NCBI GenBank assembly: GCA_964410635.1
Contig: CAYPHX010000001.1
Location: forward strand, 486 to 64,485
DNA: 64,000 nucleotides
Reading direction: 5' to 3'
DNA from: an uncultured Erysipelothrix sp.
GTDB lineage: Bacteria > Bacillota_I > Bacilli_A > Erysipelotrichales > Erysipelotrichaceae
Shown here: positions 41,383 to 48,938 of the stretch, piece by piece
Layout: each line of letters opens with the position of its first letter
How positions within the stretch are numbered: position 1 is the stretch's first letter
Notes under the pieces: generated by a model
Told to the model about the DNA's origin: nothing
Seen by the model: only the letters and a program-made list of their open reading frames with translations
Database searches by the model: none
Translations under genes and position numbers: made by a program

Positions 41383-41491
41383 GGGATACATTTTAATAGA
41401 AGTTATATTGAGCCTTTTCATATTGATTCAAATCATCAATATTTTGTCGATGCTGCTGGAGGTTATCGTATCAAACGCGGCTTTACTGTAA
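41375..41491 (+). CDS. comGE: Very short minor pilin ComGE-like (38 aa)
   Basis: GTG start; MNKGYILIEVILSLFILIQ... prepilin motif with E+5. Confidence 0.65.
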   Translation: MNKGYILIEVILSLFILIQIINILSMLLEVIVSNAALL

Positions 41492-41829
41492 TTGAGATGT
41501 TAATAGGACTGATGGTTTCGAGTCTAATACTTGTATTAATCACATCAATATTAACTATCATGATAAATCTTGATGTTCCAAGCACATCTCAGATAGAAGT
41601 TTTCGAGCTTCAGGTAATACAACTTCTTCAACGTAACCCAGTGTTAAAGTGCAGCATGGATCGTTTAGAAACACACTCATTTGAAATCTATTTTAATCGC
41701 AATAGAATTGTAAAAAGCCCAGGTTATGAAATTCTTTTAGAAAACATTGAGAACTTTAGTATCAACTGTGAGGGGTTTTTCAATTTTGAAAGTGAAGGCA
41801 TAAATTATGAAATCAAATTCAAATCGTAG
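41470..41829 (+). CDS. comGF: Minor pilin ComGF-like, probable ATC start
   Basis: GGAGGT-6 nt-ATC AAA CGC GGC TTT ACT GTA ATT GAG gives KRGFTVIE; RIVKSPGYEILL resembles ComGF. Confidence 0.7.
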   Translation: MKRGFTVIEMLIGLMVSSLILVLITSILTIMINLDVPSTSQIEVFELQVIQLLQRNPVLKCSMDRLETHSFEIYFNRNRIVKSPGYEILLENIENFSINCEGFFNFESEGINYEIKFKS

Positions 41830-42130
41830 GGGACAAGTATTAAGCTATGTTTTAATATTCTTTATGATGTTTTTATCTTGGTTTCATTTTACAATAAAGA
41901 AGTTGACTGATTATTATAATGATCAGTACAATATTAGAAAAGTTAAAGTCCATCTCGATATCGAGGAAGAAGCGATTCGATATCTTGAAGATGCCTATCC
42001 TGATGTTCCGAGCCCAATTACTCTAAAGGGACATCGAATTGATTATCTTTGTGTTGAATTACAATGTGAGATTTCTGTAACTGGGGACTCAAATTACACA
42101 TTTAAATATGTTATAATAGAAAGGAATTAA
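41807..42130 (+). CDS. comGG: Minor pilin ComGG-like
   Basis: RRG followed by hydrophobic helix without E+5; last gene of the comG cluster. Confidence 0.6.
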   Translation: MKSNSNRRGQVLSYVLIFFMMFLSWFHFTIKKLTDYYNDQYNIRKVKVHLDIEEEAIRYLEDAYPDVPSPITLKGHRIDYLCVELQCEISVTGDSNYTFKYVIIERN

Positions 42131-42160
42131 CATAAAGTGAAAAATTAGGAGGAATATAAA

Positions 42161-42721
42161 ATGATTTCATCAAATGATTTAAGAACAGGTATGGCAATTC
42201 TTCACGAGGATAACTTATACCAAGTATTAGGACAATCACAAAACAAAACAGCAATGCGTCAAATGATTGTAAAGGTTAAAGTACGTAATATGCACACAGG
42301 TTCAATTACTGAACTAAACTTTACAGGTGGCGATAAAATTAAGATTGCCCATATTGATAAAAAGACAATGCAATATCTATATGATGCAGGTACTGCATTA
42401 GTATTTATGGACACAGAAACTTATGAGCAAATTGAGCTTGATAAGAGTGTTCTTGAATGGGAAATTAACTTCTTAAAAGAAAATCAAGATGTTACAGTTA
42501 TCATGTATCAAAACGAAGTTCTTGGAGTACAATTACCTGAAAAAGTTACATTAGAAATTGTTGAAGCTGAACCTGCTGTAAAAGGTGACACTGCAACAAA
42601 TGCACAGAAAAATGCTGTCTTAGAAACAGGCTATGAAATTCGTGTACCACTATTCATTGATCGTGGTGAACTCGTAGTCGTTAATACAACAGACGGTAAA
42701 TATACTGGACGTGCGAATTAA
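42161..42721 (+). CDS. efp: Elongation factor P (atypical TAMR loop)
   Basis: MISSNDLRTG, MQYLY, FMDTETYEQ, VKGDTA, LETG, VPLFI. Confidence 0.98.
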   Translation: MISSNDLRTGMAILHEDNLYQVLGQSQNKTAMRQMIVKVKVRNMHTGSITELNFTGGDKIKIAHIDKKTMQYLYDAGTALVFMDTETYEQIELDKSVLEWEINFLKENQDVTVIMYQNEVLGVQLPEKVTLEIVEAEPAVKGDTATNAQKNAVLETGYEIRVPLFIDRGELVVVNTTDGKYTGRAN

Positions 42722-42742
42722 GTATCCTTTGGATACTTTTTT
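42720..42742 (+). terminator. Intrinsic terminator after efp
   Basis: AAGTATCC-TTT-GGATACTT plus T run. Confidence 0.8.
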
Positions 42743-42812
42743 CTTTATTGAAATTATGTTAATAAGCCCATTTATATGGTCTTTTTCCTTGTTTTAACTT
42801 ATAATATATTGG

Positions 42813-42924
42813 AATACTTCAGGGCAGGGTGAAAGTCCCGACCGGTGGTAAACCCCACGCGTCAATTTGACATGAACTGGTTAGATTCCAGTGGCGACAG
42901 TAAAGTCTGGATAAAAGAAGCATT
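42813..42924 (+). ncRNA. FMN riboswitch (RFN element)
   Basis: CTTCAGGGCAGGGTGAAAGTCCCGACCGGTGGT...CTGGTTAGATTCCAG...CGACAGTAAAGTCTGGAT...AGAAG; upstream of an ECF S component. Confidence 0.95.
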
Positions 42925-42971
42925 TTTTATAATAGCCTTGAGTGTGATTTTTTTTCGCAGGAGGTTATTGT

Positions 42972-43484
42972 ATGAAAAAAATATCTACTCGTAATTTGGT
43001 GATGATTGCTATGTTATCAGGATTATCCTACCTATTTTTTATGTGGGAGTTTAGAATCGTTGATCCATTGCAATTTGATCTAAGTGACTTATTTGTTTTG
43101 ATTGCCGGATATACAATGGGTATTGGACCAGGAATCATAGTAGCTTTAATCAAAAATATCATTCATTTGTTTTTGAGAAACAGTCAGATTATAGGGGAAG
43201 TTACAAACTTCGTTTATGCTGTATTACTGATGCTACCACTTGTTTATTTTAAACCTAAAAAGTTAAGTAACAGACTCTTAATCTATTTAGGGACAATAGT
43301 GTTTGTAACACTGACAATGAATGTATTTAACTATTATATTTCGATGCCAATTTATAAAATTCCTAAGGATTTAAGATGGGGAATGATTGTTTCTACCTTT
43401 ATTCCTTTCAACATTATAAAAACAGGCATTATTATCTTTATATTCACGACTATTTATCCTTTTTTAGATAGAATGTCACACTAA
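42972..43484 (+). CDS. ribU: Riboflavin ECF transporter S component
   Basis: IAMLSGLSY, LQFDLSD, IGEVTNF, IPFNIIK; FMN riboswitch upstream. Confidence 0.92.
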   Translation: MKKISTRNLVMIAMLSGLSYLFFMWEFRIVDPLQFDLSDLFVLIAGYTMGIGPGIIVALIKNIIHLFLRNSQIIGEVTNFVYAVLLMLPLVYFKPKKLSNRLLIYLGTIVFVTLTMNVFNYYISMPIYKIPKDLRWGMIVSTFIPFNIIKTGIIIFIFTTIYPFLDRMSH

Positions 43485-43518
43485 TTATGTTATAATTTTG
43501 ATAGAGGTGAGGGAATTT

Positions 43519-44853
43519 ATGAAAACACGTATGGAACGATACAAGGAACTAAGGGAAAAGATGTCTACTGAAGTGAATCAGGAAGTTCAATCCCACGATT
43601 TGTCACAATATGCAAATCGTTTAAATAAGATTGATGAAGACAACTTCGAGGACATGAATCAAACTGGTCCTGAATATGAACCGACTCGTGCTAAAGAACT
43701 TGATTTAAAGAAATATGAGACTTTTGAGAATGAATACTTAAAAGACTTTTTAGATGAAGTAAAGTCATATAATATTGAAAAAGGAAATCGTTTAGTTGAA
43801 GATACTGAACAAAACATATTAGAAGAAATTAATGCTCATAAGAAAGTTGAGCCTGTACTGGGTACAAAAGAAGCTCCCATTGGTTTAGAAGACCTGGAAG
43901 CATTAGAAGCAGGGACCTTTGGTCTTAAGGAGAAACCTGCTGCACCTGTAGTCGATGAAAAGATTGAAAGCGTGATGAGTGATTCTCAAGCATATAATTT
44001 CGATCAAATGCTTGAAGCAGTTACATCTGAAACAGCCTTGGTAAATGATGAAACATCAATGCCAGAAGATGATTTCTTAGATGAATCAGTTGAAGAGGTT
44101 GTAGTATTTACTGAAGCAGTTGAAGAAACTGTTCCTGTTGAAGAAACTGAAGTTGAAGCTGTCATGGACACGGATTCACTGATTGACTCACTACAAAGTG
44201 GAAACTTTATGGTAGACAATGATGTTGAACCTGTTGTGCCTACAGAGGTAGAAGACGACATTTTTGCTAATTTACGTACTTTTGATTTAGAACTTGAACA
44301 AGAGATTCGTCAGCAAGCTGATGAAATTTTCAATCAGAATACGGGTGAATTAGAATCACTACGTATGACATCAAATGAAAATAGTAAAGCTAAAGAAGAA
44401 AACTTTGAATACGAAGAGAACTTTGATCCATTTTGGGAAGACTACTTACTAAAGATGAATCAACTTGAAGATAACATTGATACCGTTTTTGAACAGAAAC
44501 GTGATACACTTAACTTTCCAAAAGATCGTGTTAAGAAAATTGTTATCGAAAATAAAGATCAGGAAGAAAGAGATATTACTCAAGAATTCTTGGCACTTAC
44601 ACGTGAAATTGAACGGGAAAATCTCGAGTCAATTGACTTAACTGGTAAAACAGAAGAAGAAATGTCAGTCGTAAATAAAGATAGCGTAGTTACGAATGAT
44701 AAGAGTTTAAATACACAAGATGACTTTGGTACATCAGTTGTTGCAGGAAAAGAAGTGAAGAAGAATCGCTTCGTTAATGCTTTCCTTACAATTGCTTTGG
44801 CAGGGATTGTCTTAGGTGTTGCTATCGCAGTAAAATACTTTGTATTAAACTAG
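43519..44853 (+). CDS. Hypothetical acidic protein with C-terminal TM anchor
   Basis: Very D/E-rich; ends KKNRFVNAFLTIALAGIVLGVAIAVKYFVLN; own extended -10 and SD. Confidence 0.85.
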   Translation: MKTRMERYKELREKMSTEVNQEVQSHDLSQYANRLNKIDEDNFEDMNQTGPEYEPTRAKELDLKKYETFENEYLKDFLDEVKSYNIEKGNRLVEDTEQNILEEINAHKKVEPVLGTKEAPIGLEDLEALEAGTFGLKEKPAAPVVDEKIESVMSDSQAYNFDQMLEAVTSETALVNDETSMPEDDFLDESVEEVVVFTEAVEETVPVEETEVEAVMDTDSLIDSLQSGNFMVDNDVEPVVPTEVEDDIFANLRTFDLELEQEIRQQADEIFNQNTGELESLRMTSNENSKAKEENFEYEENFDPFWEDYLLKMNQLEDNIDTVFEQKRDTLNFPKDRVKKIVIENKDQEERDITQEFLALTREIERENLESIDLTGKTEEEMSVVNKDSVVTNDKSLNTQDDFGTSVVAGKEVKKNRFVNAFLTIALAGIVLGVAIAVKYFVLN

Positions 44854-44873
44854 TATAAGATTAGGAGAATTAT

Positions 44874-45533
44874 ATGTTTAACATTGCAATTGATGGCCCT
44901 AGTGCCTCAGGAAAGAGTACGATTGCTAAGGCTTTAGCAAAGCTGCTAAACTTTACGCACATTGATACGGGGGCAATGTATCGCGCAATCGCATATGATT
45001 GTTTAAAGAATAAGATAGATTTAGATGATGAAGAAGCATGTTCAAAGCTTGCAGAAGCTACTGAGATTGAATTGTTAGGTGAGGGACAAGTATTCCTTAA
45101 TGGAAGTAATGTCACTTATGCTATTCGCAGTGAAGAGATTTCAAAAGCTGCTTCTCAAATATCTAAATATAAAGCAGTACGTGAAAAACTTGTGCGTTTA
45201 CAACAAGAAATCGCAAGTAAAAAGGGATACGTAATGGATGGTAGAGATATCACTTCAGTCGTGTTACCTGATGCTGAAATTAAAATATTTCAAAACGCTG
45301 ATGCTTCTGTAAGAGCAAAACGTCGCTTTTATGAACAAGCTGAAAAAGGCTTAGAAGTAGACTATCAAGATATCTTTGATGATTTGGTAGAACGCGATGC
45401 ACAAGATATTAACCGTAGTGAATCACCTTTAATTAAGGTTGATGATGCAATTGAGATAGATACAACATATCTTTCAATAGCTGAAAGTGTTGAACTCATT
45501 ATGAGCATAATCAAGGATAGAGGTTTATTATGA
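44874..45533 (+). CDS. cmk: Cytidylate kinase
   Basis: IAIDGPSASGKST, DTGAMYR, MDGRDI. Confidence 0.99.
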   Translation: MFNIAIDGPSASGKSTIAKALAKLLNFTHIDTGAMYRAIAYDCLKNKIDLDDEEACSKLAEATEIELLGEGQVFLNGSNVTYAIRSEEISKAASQISKYKAVREKLVRLQQEIASKKGYVMDGRDITSVVLPDAEIKIFQNADASVRAKRRFYEQAEKGLEVDYQDIFDDLVERDAQDINRSESPLIKVDDAIEIDTTYLSIAESVELIMSIIKDRGLL

Positions 45534-46843
45534 TAGATGGAATTGTAGCGATTGTTGGCCGACCAAACGTTGGTAAATCATCGCTTTTTAATCGAATTAT
45601 TGGAGAAAGAAAATCCATAGTTCATGCTGATCCAGGTGTTACACGTGATAGAATTTACGGAAAAACATCATGGTTAACTAAAGACTTAAGATTCATTGAT
45701 ACAGGTGGTATTCAATTAGAAGACCAAGACTTTGCTAAAGAGATTCAAATGCAGGTAGATATCGCAATTGATGAAGCAGATATGATTCTTTTTGTAGTGA
45801 GTGCTATGGAAGGATTAACTGAGGATGATCTATATATTTCAAGATTACTTAGACAAACAGACAAACCTGTTATCGTTGTTGCCAACAAGGTAGATGATAT
45901 GCAGTTTGTTTCCGATATCTATGAGTTTTATAACCTAGGTTTTGATACACCATATCCAACCAGTACTGAACATGGTATTGGTATTGGAGACTTACTTGAT
46001 GAGGTTATTTCTAAATTACCACTTAAAGCTGTTAAAGATCATCATGAAGCATTAAGCTTTTGTGTTATTGGTCAACCGAACGTTGGTAAAAGTAGTTTAG
46101 TCAATGCCATCATAAATCAGGAACGTGTTATTGTCTCTGATATTGAAGGTACAACTCGAGATGCAGTCGACACTCCTTTTAAATATGAAGGGGAGGACTA
46201 TGTTATAGTTGATACTGCAGGTATTAGACGTAGTGGTAGAGTTTATGAAAAAGTTGAGAAATATTCAGTATTACGTGCTATGAGTGCCATTGAAAAAGCT
46301 GATGTTGCACTATTTGTTATTGATGGAGAACGTGGTATCCGCGCCCAAGATAAACATGTTGCAGGTTATGCTCATGAAGCTGGAAAACCAATTGTTATTA
46401 TTTATAATAAATGGGATACAGTTGATACAAGTGAAGTTGAAATGGAAGCTGTGCGTAAAAAAGTATATGAAGAATTCATCTACTTGGATTATGCACCTGT
46501 AGTATTTGTTTCAGCTCTTACAAGACGACGTGTTCATACAATATTACCACTCATCAACGAAGTATACGAGAACTCTCAAAGACGTATCTCAACAAGTGTA
46601 GTTAATGAAGTGATTCAAGATGCAGTTATGCTGACACCACCACCATCACACAATGGTCAAAGGTTACGTATCCTTTATGCATCACAAGTAAGTGTGGCAC
46701 CACCAACATTTATCGTGTTTGTGAATGATCCAGAACTTGCACACTTCTCTTATATTCGTTATATTGAGAATTCATTACGACGTGCCTTTAACTTTGAAGG
46801 GACGCCAATTCATATTATGATCAGAAAGCGTGGTACAACATGA
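45530..46843 (+). CDS. der: Ribosome biogenesis GTPase Der
   Basis: Two GTPase domains (GRPNVGKSS, GQPNVGKSS), DTGG, DTAG. Confidence 0.99.
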   Translation: MIDGIVAIVGRPNVGKSSLFNRIIGERKSIVHADPGVTRDRIYGKTSWLTKDLRFIDTGGIQLEDQDFAKEIQMQVDIAIDEADMILFVVSAMEGLTEDDLYISRLLRQTDKPVIVVANKVDDMQFVSDIYEFYNLGFDTPYPTSTEHGIGIGDLLDEVISKLPLKAVKDHHEALSFCVIGQPNVGKSSLVNAIINQERVIVSDIEGTTRDAVDTPFKYEGEDYVIVDTAGIRRSGRVYEKVEKYSVLRAMSAIEKADVALFVIDGERGIRAQDKHVAGYAHEAGKPIVIIYNKWDTVDTSEVEMEAVRKKVYEEFIYLDYAPVVFVSALTRRRVHTILPLINEVYENSQRRISTSVVNEVIQDAVMLTPPPSHNGQRLRILYASQVSVAPPTFIVFVNDPELAHFSYIRYIENSLRRAFNFEGTPIHIMIRKRGTT

Positions 46844-47838
46844 GAATCGCAGTAATCGGATCAGGTAGTTGGGGAACTGCACTTGCAAATATCCTTGCTA
46901 CTAATAATCATGATGTTGTTATTTGGGGTAAAAGCGAAGCTGAAATTGAGGAAATTGATAAACATAAAACAAATTCAAAGTATTTTGAAAATGTTAAATT
47001 GAATTCAAACTTAAAAGCAACAACTTCATTTGAATCACTACATGATATGGATATATTTTTACTGGCAGTACCTTCAATTGCGATTGAAGAAGTATGTCAA
47101 AAAATCAGTAATATCATAGACAAAAAAGTAATTATTATTAACGTTGCTAAAGGATTCCATCCAGTAACACATGATTATTTAATGGATGTTATTCGTAAGA
47201 ATATTCCAAAAGATAAGCTTCAAGCAGTCGTTAGTTTAATTGGCCCATCTCATGCTGAAGAAGTTGTAATTGGACAATTAACAGCAGTTAATGCAGTCTC
47301 AAAAGACTTAGAAGCAGCAACAATTGTTCAAGATTTATTCTCTAATGATACATTTAGAGTCTATACAAATGATGATGAAATTGGTTCGCAAATTGGTGTT
47401 GCAATAAAGAACATAATTGCACTTGCAAGTGGTGTCGCTAAGGGCCTTGGTCATGGCGATAATGCACGTGCGGCACTCATTACACGTGGCCTTGCTGAAA
47501 TGAGTCGCTATGGCGTCTATTTTGGCGGTAGGATGGAAACATTCTTGGGTTTATGTGGCGTAGGTGACTTAGTTGTAACTGCAAGTAGTGAACACAGTCG
47601 AAACTTTCAAGCTGGATATTTAGTTGGTAAAGATAACGGACTTAAAACTTATAACGAAAGCTATGATAAAACTGTAGAAGGCGTATTCGCCGCAAAGATC
47701 GTGCACGATGTTGCATTAGAAAATAATATAGAAATGCCTATTACTGCTCAAGTGTATGAAGTGTTCTATAATTCAAAGAGCCCGGAAATTGCTATCAAAG
47801 AATTAATGGCTAGAGATTTGAAACATGAACTAAAATAG
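46840..47838 (+). CDS. gpsA: NAD(P)H glycerol-3-phosphate dehydrogenase
   Basis: GSGSWGTALA, GPSHAEEV, GDNARAALITRG, GDLVVT. Confidence 0.98.
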   Translation: MRIAVIGSGSWGTALANILATNNHDVVIWGKSEAEIEEIDKHKTNSKYFENVKLNSNLKATTSFESLHDMDIFLLAVPSIAIEEVCQKISNIIDKKVIIINVAKGFHPVTHDYLMDVIRKNIPKDKLQAVVSLIGPSHAEEVVIGQLTAVNAVSKDLEAATIVQDLFSNDTFRVYTNDDEIGSQIGVAIKNIIALASGVAKGLGHGDNARAALITRGLAEMSRYGVYFGGRMETFLGLCGVGDLVVTASSEHSRNFQAGYLVGKDNGLKTYNESYDKTVEGVFAAKIVHDVALENNIEMPITAQVYEVFYNSKSPEIAIKELMARDLKHELK

Positions 47839-47839
47839 C

Positions 47840-47868
47840 TTGCACTTTAGAAGGTATAATGGTATCAT
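47840..47868 (+). promoter_or_regulatory. SigA promoter of hup
   Basis: TTGCAC-17 bp-TATCAT with TG extension. Confidence 0.65.
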
Positions 47869-47891
47869 TTTAATACATTAGGAGGAATATT

Positions 47892-48179
47892 ATGAGTACA
47901 AAAATTTTAAATAAAAAAGCAATCGCTGATAACATGGCAGATAAATTAGATATTACAAAGAAAGATGCAGCAGAGTTTGTTGATGCATTCATCGAAGAAG
48001 TTAAATCAGTATTAGAAGAAAAAGGAACTGTTGATCTAGCAGGTTTCGGAAAATTCGAAGTACGTTACCGTGCAGCAAGAGATGGATTCAACCCTCGTAC
48101 AAAGGAAAAAATCCGTATCGCTGAAACACATAGTGTTGCTTTCAAAGCTTCAAAAGCTTTAAAAGATTTAGTAAAATAA
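47892..48179 (+). CDS. hup: HU DNA-binding protein
   Basis: GFGKFEV, RDGFNPRT, FKASKALKD. Confidence 0.98.
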   Translation: MSTKILNKKAIADNMADKLDITKKDAAEFVDAFIEEVKSVLEEKGTVDLAGFGKFEVRYRAARDGFNPRTKEKIRIAETHSVAFKASKALKDLVK

Positions 48180-48186
48180 ATTATAT

Positions 48187-48208
48187 AGGAGCAACATGCT
48201 CCTTTTTT
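48187..48208 (+). terminator. Intrinsic terminator after hup
   Basis: AGGAGCA-ACA-TGCTCCT plus T run. Confidence 0.8.
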
Positions 48209-48222
48209 AATAGGAGGAACTT

Positions 48223-48903
48223 ATGGGATTATTATTCGCATTCGCTGCTATAGCCATTTCTTTGATTGCTCAAAGTTATGTACAAAGCAGTTACAATAAA
48301 TTTAGACAAATCAGTACACACAAAGGAATGCGTGGTGTTGATGTTGCACAAAGAATTTTAGATGCAAACGGCATTCACGATATTACTATCGTACAATCTA
48401 ATAAAGGTGTCTTATCAGATCACTTTGACCCAAATAATAAAAGAATTGCATTGTCTCCAGAAATATACCAAGGTTCATCAATTGCCGCAGTTGCAGTTGC
48501 AGCACACGAAGTAGGACATGCTATTCAATACAATACAGGGTATGCTGGAATTAAACTTAGAAATACACTATTAAAACCAGCAATTGTAGCAAGCCAATTA
48601 TCCAGTGTATTCATCTTCATGGGAATCTTATTTATAAACGGTTCAATGGGATGGATATTTGATGCTGGTATCATCATGCTGGGAGTTATTCTTGCATTTC
48701 AGGTACTAACACTACCAATCGAGTTTGATGCATCCGCAAGAGCTCTAAAGAACATAGAAGCACTACATATCGTTGATCCTGTAGAGCACAATGGCGCTAA
48801 AACAATGCTCACAGCTGCAGCACTTACATATGTCGCAGCAGTAGCCGGTTCTGCACTAAACTTAATGCGCTTTATTTCAATTAGAAATAGTCGCAGAAAT
48901 TAG
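48223..48903 (+). CDS. Membrane zinc metallopeptidase (YugP-like)
   Basis: LSDHFDP, AAHEVGHAIQ, TLPIEFDASARA, AAALTYVAA. Confidence 0.94.
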   Translation: MGLLFAFAAIAISLIAQSYVQSSYNKFRQISTHKGMRGVDVAQRILDANGIHDITIVQSNKGVLSDHFDPNNKRIALSPEIYQGSSIAAVAVAAHEVGHAIQYNTGYAGIKLRNTLLKPAIVASQLSSVFIFMGILFINGSMGWIFDAGIIMLGVILAFQVLTLPIEFDASARALKNIEALHIVDPVEHNGAKTMLTAAALTYVAAVAGSALNLMRFISIRNSRRN

Positions 48904-48938
48904 GAAATAAAAAATAAAACACATACTTTTAATTAGAG

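Noticed and set aside
42734-42739. TACTTT after efp as a third copy of the comG motif
   Set aside because: It has no AGGA at the matching distance and is part of the efp terminator.
26498-42829. KOPS-like GGGCAGGG at 26498, 39468 and 42822 (and GAGAAGGG at 2081), all pointing toward dif
   Set aside because: They are explained by Gly-Ala-Gly coding or the riboswitch consensus. There are too few to judge without genome-wide counts.
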